Below, one piece after another: positions 46,279 through 56,132 of a stretch of DNA of 64,000 nt (within the stretch, counting starts at the first letter, position 1; each line of letters starts with the position of its first letter). Below the pieces are notes generated by a model. The model worked only from the letters and a program-made list of their open reading frames with translations, searched no databases and was not told the DNA's origin. The translations under genes and the position numbers were made by a program. Origin of the DNA: an uncultured bacterium (GTDB taxonomy: Bacteria; Patescibacteriota; Saccharimonadia; UBA4664); the NCBI GenBank assembly GCA_963720265.1, contig CAVRET010000001.1, positions 133,916 through 197,915 on the forward strand. The letters are read 5' to 3'.

Positions 46279-46491
46279 GAACTTGAGATCTTGCTTATGC
46301 TTGCCAATGGACTGCATACTACAGGAGGGCTGGCAAAGATGCCGTGCCTTACCTAGTGTGCTGCCATCCAAACGATTGCTACGCTGGTGCAGCAGCTGAC
46401 TGAGGCGGAAGTGGAGGCGAGCACTTCGACTAGTGCAAAACTGACCGATATGCTAACGCCAACATCGCAAACGAAATAACAGGAGCATAAT

Positions 46492-48330
46492 TTGCCGATT
46501 ATTGATGGAATTCGTAAACCTGGGGAGCCGGGAGCCAAGGCCATTGCGGCCGGTTCTTTGCACAACCAGGACTTGCAGCCGATCGTGCGGCCGCTGCCTG
46601 GGGCCACCGGCACCGAAACCCACGCCGATGTGGCCGGCGACAGCGAGGTAACGTCGTTTCGGGATCTGCACCCGCGGCGCAAGACCATCACCATGGTGGG
46701 GGTAATACTGGCCATGCTGCTAGCTGCACTCGACCAAACCATCGTGGGCACAGCCCTACCGCGGATCGTGCGCGAACTCGGCGGCGCCAATCACCTGACC
46801 TGGGTCGTGACAGCGTACATGCTCGCCTCCACGGTGACGGTGCCGATTTACGGCAAACTATCTGACCTATACGGCCGTAAATGGTTTTTCTTTGGCGGCA
46901 TTGTGGCGTTTTTGGCTGGCTCGATTATGTGCGGGTTTTCGCACAACATGACCGAGCTGGTGGCATTCCGGGCCTTCCAGGGCATCGGCGGCGGTGCGAT
47001 TATGGGCAATGCGTTTGCCATTATCGGCGACTTGTTCGAACCGGCCGAGCGGGCGCGCTGGCAAGGCGTGCTCGGTGGCGTGTTTGGCCTGGCGTCGGTG
47101 ATTGGTCCGGCATTGGGTGGTTTCCTCACTGACCATGCTTCGTGGCGCTGGGTGTTCTTTATTAATCTGCCGCTTGGTATTGTGGCGCTGGCCTTTATTG
47201 GTTTCCTGATGCCAAAAGTGACATCGACGATCAAGGACAAGGTAATCGATTACTGGGGCGCCGGTTTGATTGTGACCACACTCGTGCCGCTTCTGTTGGC
47301 GCTGTCGTGGGGTGGCAGTCAGTACGCTTGGGATTCGGGCATCATTATCGCGATGTTCATGATATCAGTCGTGTCGCTGGCCGGCTTTGTGTGGGCTGAG
47401 CATACCTCTAAGGAGCCAATTATGCCGCTGGAGCTGTTTAAGAACTCAATCTTCACAACCTCGGCGATTATTACCTTCTTAACCGGCGCGATCATGTTTG
47501 GTGCCATCATTTACATCCCGCTGTTTGGACAGTTGGTGCAAGGGATTTCGGCAACTGATTCCGGCACGATTTTGACCCCGCTCATGATCGGGCTGATTGG
47601 GGCTTCGGTGGTGTCGGGGCAAGTAATTGCTCGCACTGGCAAGTATCGGTTCGTGGCCATTTTCGGCGCAGCGCTGTTGGCTGTAAGCCTGTTGTGGCTG
47701 AGTTATATCACGGCCGGAATGACGCATATCACCCTCATCGAAGAAATGGTAGTGCTGGGCCTAAGCTTGGGGCTGATGATGCCAGTGTTCAATGTGGCGG
47801 TCCAAAATGCTTTTGATAAGAGCAAGATCGGTGTCGTGACTGCTTCAACCCAGCTGTTTAGGAGCGTTGGCGGTACGGTCGGCACGGCTGTACTGGGTGC
47901 CGTCTTTAACAACGCGTTGGTGCAAAATTCGGCGCCTTTGCAAAATACTCTGTACGGTCAGACGCTGACTGCACATGGGCAGAGCGTTACCAACGCAAAC
48001 GTGCTTGAGGGGTTGCTGTCGCCGCAAGGTCAGGCTCAGGTGCAGCAGGCCATTGCTGCGATGCCGGCGGTCCTGCAAGACGCATCACGGCAGGCGTTTG
48101 CGGAATTTTTGGCCCAGGCGAAGACGGCGTTTACGACCTCAATTGCGCATTTGTTTCTGATTTGTGCAGTCGTTGCGGCTGTGTCGCTGGTCGTAACGCT
48201 ATTTCTCAAGGAGATTCCGCTGACATCGACTCAGCCCAAACCAAAGCGAGATGCCGAGACGTTAGCCGGCGATGAGCTGGCGGTTGGGCTTGGCCAGGCT
48301 GAGCCAAGGGACGAGCCGATTTTGACCTAG
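46492..48330 (+). CDS. MFS drug:H+ antiporter (DHA2, EmrB/QacA-like)
   Basis: LDQTIV.TALP.I, WVVTAY.L, GKLSD.YGRK, R..QG.GGG, GP.LGG, WRWVF.IN.P. Confidence 0.93.
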   Translation: MPIIDGIRKPGEPGAKAIAAGSLHNQDLQPIVRPLPGATGTETHADVAGDSEVTSFRDLHPRRKTITMVGVILAMLLAALDQTIVGTALPRIVRELGGANHLTWVVTAYMLASTVTVPIYGKLSDLYGRKWFFFGGIVAFLAGSIMCGFSHNMTELVAFRAFQGIGGGAIMGNAFAIIGDLFEPAERARWQGVLGGVFGLASVIGPALGGFLTDHASWRWVFFINLPLGIVALAFIGFLMPKVTSTIKDKVIDYWGAGLIVTTLVPLLLALSWGGSQYAWDSGIIIAMFMISVVSLAGFVWAEHTSKEPIMPLELFKNSIFTTSAIITFLTGAIMFGAIIYIPLFGQLVQGISATDSGTILTPLMIGLIGASVVSGQVIARTGKYRFVAIFGAALLAVSLLWLSYITAGMTHITLIEEMVVLGLSLGLMMPVFNVAVQNAFDKSKIGVVTASTQLFRSVGGTVGTAVLGAVFNNALVQNSAPLQNTLYGQTLTAHGQSVTNANVLEGLLSPQGQAQVQQAIAAMPAVLQDASRQAFAEFLAQAKTAFTTSIAHLFLICAVVAAVSLVVTLFLKEIPLTSTQPKPKRDAETLAGDELAVGLGQAEPRDEPILT

Positions 48331-48375
48331 GTGCGTTTATCGCGCAGCGGGCGAAATGTATTATGCTTATGGCAA

Positions 48376-48651
48376 ATGACTGAGCCGAAGCGAAAATTGG
48401 ATAGTGCGCTGCACCGACTGGTGCTGGCCGTGGCAATTGCTGAGCCGCTCATGACGATACCGCAGATTTATCAGATCTGGTCGACGCACACTGCGGCCGG
48501 CGTATCGCTGGTGACCTGGTTTTGTTATATCTCGGCGTCCGTGGTCTGGATTGCATATAGCGTGAGAACCAAGGATGTGCCGCTGGCGGTTTCGAGTGTG
48601 CTGTGGTTTCTGACCGAGCTGCTTGTGATTATCGGCACCTTGAGGTACTAA
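48376..48651 (+). CDS. PQ-loop / SemiSWEET-like protein
   Basis: IPQIYQI......GVS..TW; three TMs. Confidence 0.75.
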   Translation: MTEPKRKLDSALHRLVLAVAIAEPLMTIPQIYQIWSTHTAAGVSLVTWFCYISASVVWIAYSVRTKDVPLAVSSVLWFLTELLVIIGTLRY

Positions 48652-48672
48652 AGCGCATGCTAGTATTAACGC

Positions 48673-48894
48673 ATGGCGAAAGATGCTCGTGCTCGGTCGG
48701 TCGTTAAATCGGTAACGTTTCGGGTCATTGTAGTTATTTCGGATTTGGTAGTGATTTTTTTGATTACCCACCGGGTAGATCAGACAATTGCGCTGACGAT
48801 TCTGACTAATATTGCGAGCACCGTGCTGTATTACCTGCATGAACGGGTGTGGAATGTGGTGAGCTGGGGGCGAATAAGCGGCCGCGCCAAATGA
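48673..48894 (+). CDS. DUF2061-like membrane protein
   Basis: RS..KS.TFR ... YYLHER.WN.V.WG. Confidence 0.8.
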   Translation: MAKDARARSVVKSVTFRVIVVISDLVVIFLITHRVDQTIALTILTNIASTVLYYLHERVWNVVSWGRISGRAK

Positions 48895-48947
48895 AAATCG
48901 GCTGCCGGACGCGGGTGTGCGTTCGGACAGCCGATTTTGGTCGGGCG

Positions 48948-51128
48948 CTAAGCGCGGGTAACGCTTGGCGCCTCAAATAGGACATGGTAGTAGCCGCCGG
49001 TGAAGAAGCCGGCGGGGCCGCCGTTTGCGAACTCGGCAGCGTACCTGGTGGTGTCGGCGAACCGTGCGGTGCGGCCGTTTAGCCCCACTGTGAACCGGCT
49101 GCCGCGCACCGTTAGTGATACCTTGAACGGGTGATTCGCTCCCAGCCACCCTGCGTTGCCGCCGGATATCCAGTGGGACTCCCCGCTGGACTCGGCAGCA
49201 TAGAGCTCCCATGTGCCATTCACGTTCACGTCAAGCTCGTAGCAGTGCGGCCGCGGTTGCCCTTGATGCTGGCACCGGACGAGCAGCCCGGCGGTTTGGC
49301 CGGGGCCCGAGAACACTATCTTCGACTGCACGGTCACGTTGCGCCACAAGGGCGCACTTGACCCCACAATCGTAAACGGTATCCGATGCGGTGGCGTCCG
49401 GAGCTTGGAGCCGGGCAACCAGAACACCGGGGTGCCCATCGCGACCTGCTCAATCGTGTTCCCGGATACGCACCGGAAACTGCCCTCCTGGTCGTCCAGG
49501 AGGTACGGTAGCCCGGTGGTCTTGCCGCATGACAGGCTATATGGCAATGGTTGCGGGGTGGCACCGCCGATGCTGTTGCTTTCCAGCACATCTTTTGTGC
49601 TCATGGTGGTGAACGTATAGACGTGGTTCGGCAGCAACACCATCGTGTCCGACGTGGCATCCTTTTGGTGGACAAACCAATTCGTTTGGTGCTTTGACGC
49701 AAGGTCCGTAGACCAGACGTGGATCGGTCCAGCCGGCAGGCCGCGCAACCTTATCGTCAGGTGCTGCGTGCGATGAGCGGTCGTGGTTTCGGCCACGACC
49801 GTCCAGTTGTGGGCATTCGGCGACCGGTAGGCCACCACTGACCCGCCGCCGTTTAGTGGCTTGGATGCGCCCGCCACGAACTGCCACCCCGGGTTGGTGA
49901 GCTCTGAAGTCTGCATCAACACGGGCAGGAGCGGAGATATGGTGTAATATCCGCTCCAGGGCCAATCGCATTTAATCGGGCCCCGGTCCTGGTGCGTTAG
50001 GACGAGCGGCATGCACACAGCGATCGGCCAGGTGATGACCGCCGACATGTGCCCTTCGATCCAGGCCAGGTTAATGGCCTGGGCCAAGGCGTCCGCACCA
50101 GCCTCGTTGGCCGGCAGCATCCCGATCTCCGATAGAAACACGGGTTTGCCGTGAGTGTCGGTGGCCGGTTGGCAGGAGTAGGCCTGAGAGTGCTTCCCGC
50201 AGGTGTCGTGGAAGCTCAGCGCGTAGACATCGCGCGTGAACTCCTTGGCCTCCGGGGTTTTGCCGTCCATGAGTCGCGAGATGATGCTCGGCTTGCCGTG
50301 GGCCGGAAGGAACGAGTCGGCCAGCACGATCTTCGTGTCTGCGAACCCCGCCTTGCGGAGTGCGTCGTGCAGCCAGATCGTCCACTGCATTCCCGGCAGG
50401 CCTTTTTGGCCCAGGCCGCTTTCGTTCCAGGCACCCACATAGGTGATGTGCTGGAGTCCGAGCTTGCGGGCACAGGTCAGCCAGTCGATAACGTAGTGCA
50501 CGTCGTCGCGCGTCCAGATCGACTGTCTGCCGTCGCCCACCCAGTGCGGCGCGCCCCACTGCAGGAAATAAAACTGCAGGCCGGGGTTGTAGCGCTGGGC
50601 CAGCTGGGCGATCTCGAGTTCGTAGCTGGCGTGGCAATCGATCTGCCCGCGGACGGGCTCAATGCTATCTTCGGAGGCGTCAGTGCCGTTTGTTCCGCCC
50701 CCCATCTCAATCTTCCAAATCTTTACAGACCTGGCGAGCAACCGGATAATCTGGTCCTGCTGGGCTTTCGGGTAAAACAATACCCGCGCCAACACACCAG
50801 CGCCGCCCGCGATTCCGCCGACGTCCTGGAAGATGCCGGCGGACCTCTTGCTCATCATGATGGATGTGCCAACGGACCGAACGGCAACCGCCGGATTGGC
50901 AGTGCCGGCGGCTCTGGCCGTGCCAGTGCTAGTGGTTTGGGCCGCGGAACTTGCAGGGTTCGCGGCTGCCCGAGCGAATGTGACGTTACTGTCGGTGGCG
51001 GATTCGTTCGACACTACTCGTGCAGTGACGGCGGCCGCGATCATTATCACGACGGCTATCGCTGCCGTGAGTGCCGGTACATGCCGGAGCAGACGGCTTG
51101 TAGCGCCGCTTGTGCGCGAACTTTGCAT
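48948..51128 (-). CDS. Secreted glycoside hydrolase family 59 (galactocerebrosidase)-like protein
   Basis: F..VGG..GG.G..R.L..YP, KIE.GG..N.TD.SE, YE, LQW.AP.W, WNE, LSE, PWSG.Y, C-terminal lectin-like domain. Confidence 0.8.
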   Translation of the reverse strand: MQSSRTSGATSRLLRHVPALTAAIAVVIMIAAAVTARVVSNESATDSNVTFARAAANPASSAAQTTSTGTARAAGTANPAVAVRSVGTSIMMSKRSAGIFQDVGGIAGGAGVLARVLFYPKAQQDQIIRLLARSVKIWKIEMGGGTNGTDASEDSIEPVRGQIDCHASYELEIAQLAQRYNPGLQFYFLQWGAPHWVGDGRQSIWTRDDVHYVIDWLTCARKLGLQHITYVGAWNESGLGQKGLPGMQWTIWLHDALRKAGFADTKIVLADSFLPAHGKPSIISRLMDGKTPEAKEFTRDVYALSFHDTCGKHSQAYSCQPATDTHGKPVFLSEIGMLPANEAGADALAQAINLAWIEGHMSAVITWPIAVCMPLVLTHQDRGPIKCDWPWSGYYTISPLLPVLMQTSELTNPGWQFVAGASKPLNGGGSVVAYRSPNAHNWTVVAETTTAHRTQHLTIRLRGLPAGPIHVWSTDLASKHQTNWFVHQKDATSDTMVLLPNHVYTFTTMSTKDVLESNSIGGATPQPLPYSLSCGKTTGLPYLLDDQEGSFRCVSGNTIEQVAMGTPVFWLPGSKLRTPPHRIPFTIVGSSAPLWRNVTVQSKIVFSGPGQTAGLLVRCQHQGQPRPHCYELDVNVNGTWELYAAESSGESHWISGGNAGWLGANHPFKVSLTVRGSRFTVGLNGRTARFADTTRYAAEFANGGPAGFFTGGYYHVLFEAPSVTRA

Positions 51129-51275
51129 CGCGCTTTCACTCCCCTCTTGCCAAATTGAAAGGACTTACGTTACATCTTCTTTGTATGCTGTACAGTATAT
51201 GAAAATATAATATTTTGACCAATTAGTCAAGGCTTGACTATTGATTTCGGTTGGTTCAATGGCATTATTTCGCGC

Positions 51276-52151
51276 CTAAAAATCGTCGCGGCGGAGGAGC
51301 TGGTCGAGCCCTGCTGCGAGCTTGCCGGTGGACGGCTGCTCAGTAGGGCCAAGATTGGCTGAGAGCTCATGGATAAGCCAAGCACCGGTGGCAAGACCGG
51401 CCTGGTGGGCACGACGGTTTTGCAACCAAAGGGTCCCGAGCACGGCGAAAAATAGCGCCGGAATGAGGCTGAGCCGATAACTAATGGGCGTAACGATGAG
51501 CTCAGTGTCGGCGGCCAAAATAATTTCTGCGCCATACACGGCGTACTCGCAGCGCGAGGCGGCTTTCAGATCCTGGATAATTTCGAGCTTGTTAATGAGC
51601 CCGGCGCCACGGCGAATGTTAATTGGGATGCCGAGGCGGCCGCAGAGCTTAAACACTTCGGTCATGGTGAGGATGATGAGCGCGTCCGGATTATCGGTGA
51701 TGGTGCGGGGATTGGTTGCGGTGGCGGTGAGGGCGTCGTCAAACGCGATGAGCGGCCGGTCAACTTCCTCTACCAGCCGCTCAATGAGCATGGCGGTGTC
51801 GGAATTGTTGGACAGGGAAGCGCCAATGGCAACAGCATCGGCCTCTTCGGATAGCTCGAGAATCCGCCCCAATGCCTCGCGGCCGAGTGCGCCGGAAGGA
51901 TTGGCGGCGGCAAAGCGGGTGCCGGGCGCGCCGCTTAATAGGCTTGCCAGCGTGTCCGGCAGGACCACGTTGCATTCCCCTATCCCGCTAGCAATTGCAA
52001 GTTGGTGAATCGCCGTGGGCAGGCTGAACTCCTTGGCATGACCGCCCACGAGCAGCATGCGACCGCCGGCCTGGCGGGTGACCGGCCGGTTAAATAGAAT
52101 GTTGGGGAACAACGGCGCGTCGTTTTGGGTTGTGAATTCGGGCGGATGCAT
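51276..52151 (-). CDS. Ribokinase-like NAD(P)H-hydrate dehydratase (NnrD/YjeF C-terminal)-like protein
   Basis: G..LLVGG, A..SG.G, DAVAIG..L; divergent active site. Confidence 0.65.
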   Translation of the reverse strand: MHPPEFTTQNDAPLFPNILFNRPVTRQAGGRMLLVGGHAKEFSLPTAIHQLAIASGIGECNVVLPDTLASLLSGAPGTRFAAANPSGALGREALGRILELSEEADAVAIGASLSNNSDTAMLIERLVEEVDRPLIAFDDALTATATNPRTITDNPDALIILTMTEVFKLCGRLGIPINIRRGAGLINKLEIIQDLKAASRCEYAVYGAEIILAADTELIVTPISYRLSLIPALFFAVLGTLWLQNRRAHQAGLATGAWLIHELSANLGPTEQPSTGKLAAGLDQLLRRDDF

Positions 52152-52195
52152 GGGCATCTATTATAGCAGTGTGGGGCCCCGAGGACCCCACAGGG

Positions 52196-52633
52196 TCATT
52201 CAGGGCCGGTGAGCCTTGCGGCGATGCTTGGAGGCAAGAGTTCGCCGATTTGGTCGAGCGCTCCACGCATGGTAGTGATCGTGCAGCGTAGTTCTTTCCA
52301 GCGCCCGACGCTGCTACCGAACGCCTCTGCCGCAATAATTGGCCCGTTGAAACCTTGCTCGCGGAGGCTACTAACGAGCGCAACGGATCCAACTATGCCG
52401 GGGCCGACGATCATCAGTACGATCTGGGCCAACATGAGCGAGCTTGGACCGGTTCCGATTGCGGCGCGGACTTGGCCGACGCCTGGGAAGGTCCTGACGT
52501 CGACTTCGAGGCCGTTGACTTGGCATTGCCGCGCTCGCTCTGACCAGCTCGTGATGAACGTATCGCTTTCAGTCAGGAGTACGACTACGGCGGTCCTGTG
52601 ATTGCTGCTCGCCGAGCTTGGTGACTCTGGCAT
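52196..52633 (-). CDS. Hypothetical protein, degenerate receiver-like fold
   Basis: VVLLTES ... IVLMI ... SVALVSSLREQGFNGPII resembles a receiver domain without the acidic pocket. Confidence 0.45.
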   Translation of the reverse strand: MPESPSSASSNHRTAVVVLLTESDTFITSWSERARQCQVNGLEVDVRTFPGVGQVRAAIGTGPSSLMLAQIVLMIVGPGIVGSVALVSSLREQGFNGPIIAAEAFGSSVGRWKELRCTITTMRGALDQIGELLPPSIAARLTGPE

Positions 52634-52796
52634 GAGATGGTCTCACCGTCTTTCCGATCGTGGCGACTTGCACCACGTATATGGATATGGCTCGTCGAGA
52701 CTATGGCATGGGTTTTGCGACTCTGTCAATAAGTCCACAAAGGCAACAGAACGCCCCGGCTAGAGGGCGTTCTGCGACGTTGTTCCGTGTTTTGCT

Positions 52797-53066
52797 TTAT
52801 CTAGTGATATCGCGATCTGTTTTGGTTTCGGCCGATTCGACCGGCTCGTACTCGAGTGCTTCGTCGTCATCAAACTCGGCGAAATCTAGCCGCTCGTAGT
52901 ATACGGGCGATTGAATGCCCATTTGGTGACGCTCGACGATTTCGTCGGCGACCTCGGGGTCGAACCCGAGGCGAATGATTTGTTGGACTTTGCTGACCGG
53001 ATCGGTGCCGGAGAATAAAATCTCCTCCAGACGCTGCTCCTGCCAGATGATGTCTCGTTCCCTCAT
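52797..53066 (-). CDS. Hypothetical acidic protein
   Basis: SD GGAGGGG; downstream hairpin CAGAACGCCC/GGGCGTTCTG. Confidence 0.7.
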   Translation of the reverse strand: MRERDIIWQEQRLEEILFSGTDPVSKVQQIIRLGFDPEVADEIVERHQMGIQSPVYYERLDFAEFDDDEALEYEPVESAETKTDRDITR

Positions 53067-53243
53067 CTTGGCCCCTCCACCTTAATGCTTGGCAAGCATA
53101 ATGGTTGGGGGTCGGTGCGCGCACTGGCGGGAGTTACAACTCGGGCCTGAAATTGGGCTGATGTTTTGGAAGGCGATCCCAGTTGTCCTCTGTCTAGCTA
53201 AATACGCCCGCTCTTTATCAATTCGAGCGGAATTAGCGGGCGC

Positions 53244-53594
53244 CTACGCTTCCTTAGAGACGGATCGCGCTGCCTCGAAATAATTGTGCGTAAATTCGGC
53301 AGCGATTTTGGGGTCGAACTCCTTGCACGTATAGATGTCCACGCTAAAAAACAGGCTTGGTTTTTCCCAAGCGTAAAAGTGGGCACCCGAGGTCTCCCAG
53401 TGAATCCAGCCCGCCCAGCCGAATTTATCGCTACGATGAGTAATTGGCTCAAGGAGTGTTTTCATCTTCAGCACACCGGATAATTGTGATAAATAATCTT
53501 TAATTTCATGGTCGGAGATAGCTTGGGCTGGGTAACCCTCAATTACTAGACGTTGTCGGCATATGTGCGGTGCTAAGTCTTCAAATGCATCCAC
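53244..53594 (-). CDS. S-adenosylmethionine decarboxylase-like pyruvoyl proenzyme
   Basis: SD GGAGG; G..G..HWETSG.H...W ... SVDIYTC..F. Confidence 0.7.
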   Translation of the reverse strand: MDAFEDLAPHICRQRLVIEGYPAQAISDHEIKDYLSQLSGVLKMKTLLEPITHRSDKFGWAGWIHWETSGAHFYAWEKPSLFFSVDIYTCKEFDPKIAAEFTHNYFEAARSVSKEA

Positions 53595-53608
53595 GATAAT
53601 ATCCTCCG

Positions 53609-54415
53609 TTATGTATTACAATTGTTAGCCATCATCATAACTTCGACACGATCATGAGGAAAAGCATAAGCGTGACTCGTCGTCAACCACGCTGCCGGAA
53701 TTAGCTTTGGCAGCGTGGTTGACGGTTGAACTGGTAACTTGGCAGCTTTGTCTGCGATCGGCCAGTGGCGGGCCATCTGGTCGGCTATGATCACTCCCAG
53801 GCTCATGGTCAAGAGCGACGCCGGATACATGAACTCCGGCCACGGGCCATTATAGACCTGGCAGTAGATAGCCAGCGCGCTTCCTGCTGCATTGAAGCTC
53901 CAGGCGTACCACGGTTCGGTCTTGGGCTCGAGGCGAGCTTGCCCGATGGTCGGGCCGGCCGCCATCCAGTCCACTATTAGACACATGGCTACGGAAAAGA
54001 CCGCGATCCGACTCTCGACCCAAAACAGCGCTAGAGCCGCCACGGCGATGGCGGTGCCAATTATCTCATTTCGCTCCATCAACTGCGACCAGTAGCCGCC
54101 GCCGGGCATGAGTTCGCGCCAGCCTTTGGGCTTGAGTCGGCCCTTTCCGTACCGAAATGTGAGTACGAAGATAAGGGTAATCCCGATTTGCTCACTTATC
54201 AGCAGCGGCACCCCATCGAATGAACCGATGTACAGCTGGTATGACAGGTAGGTCACGCCCAGCAGGCACCAGAGAAACCACGCGAAGCGCAATGGTTTTT
54301 TAGTATTAGGTGACTTCAGCGCGCGCCAAGTGAACCAGGCGTACAGGAGGAGTCCCGTGATGTTTAGCGCACCGGAGACCCAGTTCAGTTGCGATTGAAA
54401 CGGAAGGCTGTGCAT
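53609..54415 (-). CDS. Multi-TM membrane protein (PQ-loop-like repeats)
   Basis: ~7 TMs; P...AW.LW and PTI..A...P..E....W motifs. Confidence 0.6.
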   Translation of the reverse strand: MHSLPFQSQLNWVSGALNITGLLLYAWFTWRALKSPNTKKPLRFAWFLWCLLGVTYLSYQLYIGSFDGVPLLISEQIGITLIFVLTFRYGKGRLKPKGWRELMPGGGYWSQLMERNEIIGTAIAVAALALFWVESRIAVFSVAMCLIVDWMAAGPTIGQARLEPKTEPWYAWSFNAAGSALAIYCQVYNGPWPEFMYPASLLTMSLGVIIADQMARHWPIADKAAKLPVQPSTTLPKLIPAAWLTTSHAYAFPHDRVEVMMMANNCNT

Positions 54416-54558
54416 ATTACCCTTCTCGACGTTCGGTTGTTAGCCACCAGATGGAACAACGCCTATAGTCAGCGTCGGCATGATAGTAGGTTTATGGTGC
54501 TAAAAAATCAATACCAGTACCCGGGCGGCGAAGCGGGACGATATGCCATAATGGCTGC

Positions 54559-55746
54559 ATGTCCAGATATACCTTAAGTGAGGACCAGGCGGCGGCGCTG
54601 CGCGATATTGGGGCTTGGTATCGCAATAAATCGGCACCGTTTTTGACGCTTGGGGGGTATGCCGGCACGGGTAAGACGACACTTATAGCATATTTGCGGA
54701 AAGCGCTGCGTGAATATGACGAGCATGCCAGTGTGGCTTTTTGTGCCTATACCGGCAAAGCGGCGCAGGTATTGAGCGATAAACTGCGCGAACAGCGAGT
54801 GATGCGCCGGGGTGATTCGGTGTCGACGATTCATTCGCTGATTTACACCTCGGAAGATACGGCAGACGACAGCCCACGGTGGATTCGCAAAGACAAGCTT
54901 GGCCGCGACCTGATTGTGGTTGATGAGGCCAGCATGGTGGATGAGACGATTTGGCGCGATCTGCTTAGCTTTGAGGTGCCGGTGCTAGCCGTGGGTGACC
55001 ACGGGCAGCTGCCGCCGGTGGGGTCGAGTTTTAATTTAATGGCTGAGCCGGATCTGCGGCTAGAACGGGTATTCCGGCAGGCCGAGGGTTCGTCGATTAT
55101 AGAAGTGGCGGCCATAGCGCGCACTACCGGGGTGATTCCGGTGGCGGAATTTGGCCCGGCGGTACGCAAATTGGATCGTGCACTGCCCGAAACCGGCCAG
55201 ATTGTGCAGGAGATGCTTGAAAATTGGCGGCCGGAATTGCTCGTGCTTTGCGGTTATAACGCCACCAGAGTGAAGCTGAACGCTGCTATTCGTGGCATGC
55301 GCGACATGGAAGGTGCCGAGCCACAGACCGGCGATGTGGTAGTGTGCTTGCGCAACAACCGGACGAAGCATATCTATAACGGAATGCTTGGGCGAATTCG
55401 ACATGTGACAAGCGCTTCGGGGCCGGAGGGTGCGGACTGGTATGAGGCTGAAATTGAGCTCGAGGACGAGGATTATACGTATTCCGGCTATATTTTGCGC
55501 GGGCAATTTGGGGCGCAGACGACGGCCCAGGATGTGCCGCTGGCGCCGGACGGTGAGCGCGGGGATTTGTGGGATTTCGGCTATGCCCTAACGGTGCACA
55601 AGGCCCAAGGCTCACAGGCACCGGGGGTGTTGGTGTTTGAGGAGCGCTTTCCAAGGTCGAGTGATGAGGAGTGGAGGCGGTGGCTGTATACGGCCGTAAC
55701 GCGGGCGGAATCTGAGCTTACAATCATCGGCCGCGCCAACCCGTAG
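54559..55746 (+). CDS. SF1B helicase, Dda/RecD-like
   Basis: GYAGTGKT, VDEASM, GDHGQLPPV, RQ, YALTVHKAQGS, YTAVTRA. Confidence 0.93.
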   Translation: MSRYTLSEDQAAALRDIGAWYRNKSAPFLTLGGYAGTGKTTLIAYLRKALREYDEHASVAFCAYTGKAAQVLSDKLREQRVMRRGDSVSTIHSLIYTSEDTADDSPRWIRKDKLGRDLIVVDEASMVDETIWRDLLSFEVPVLAVGDHGQLPPVGSSFNLMAEPDLRLERVFRQAEGSSIIEVAAIARTTGVIPVAEFGPAVRKLDRALPETGQIVQEMLENWRPELLVLCGYNATRVKLNAAIRGMRDMEGAEPQTGDVVVCLRNNRTKHIYNGMLGRIRHVTSASGPEGADWYEAEIELEDEDYTYSGYILRGQFGAQTTAQDVPLAPDGERGDLWDFGYALTVHKAQGSQAPGVLVFEERFPRSSDEEWRRWLYTAVTRAESELTIIGRANP

Positions 55747-55750
55747 GGGG

Positions 55751-56068
55751 TTAGCGTGGCCATTTGAGCAGTTGGAGTTGATGTCCGGTGTTGCTTGGTG
55801 TGCGTGGGAATTCCGGAACCCACATTCCATTCGCACGGCGCCAGGCTTCTTCCTCGGGCCCCATTTTGTCGTCGTCGTTGGCGCAAGAGTCGCATACTGG
55901 GCCGGGCGCAAGGTTGCAGTTGCATTCTATTCCGCAGATTGCGCAGTATTCGATTTCTTCGTAGCAGGACCAGCAGCGCATTACCGGCTCCAGCGATTCT
56001 TCCAGTGCTACGGGTTCAGACAGGCGCAATAGTTGCTCGTCGAGTACCTGTCGAAGTACAGGATGCAT
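55751..56068 (-). CDS. Cys-rich putative zinc-binding protein
   Basis: CxxC..CxxC..CxC..CxxC cluster; start at MHPVL. Confidence 0.5.
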   Translation of the reverse strand: MHPVLRQVLDEQLLRLSEPVALEESLEPVMRCWSCYEEIEYCAICGIECNCNLAPGPVCDSCANDDDKMGPEEEAWRRANGMWVPEFPRTPSNTGHQLQLLKWPR

Positions 56069-56132
56069 GCCTTTGTGACCGGTTTTCAATTGCCACTTCC
56101 CATCGGCTGAGCGTGAGCACAGGATAGCATGT

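Noticed and set aside
46339-46480. Possible small gene or regulator remnant upstream of the MFS transporter
   Set aside because: The open stretch (AAIQTIATLVQQL...) has no start and no identifiable family
54559-55746. Prophage suggested by the Dda-like helicase
   Set aside because: No structural, terminase or integrase genes nearby
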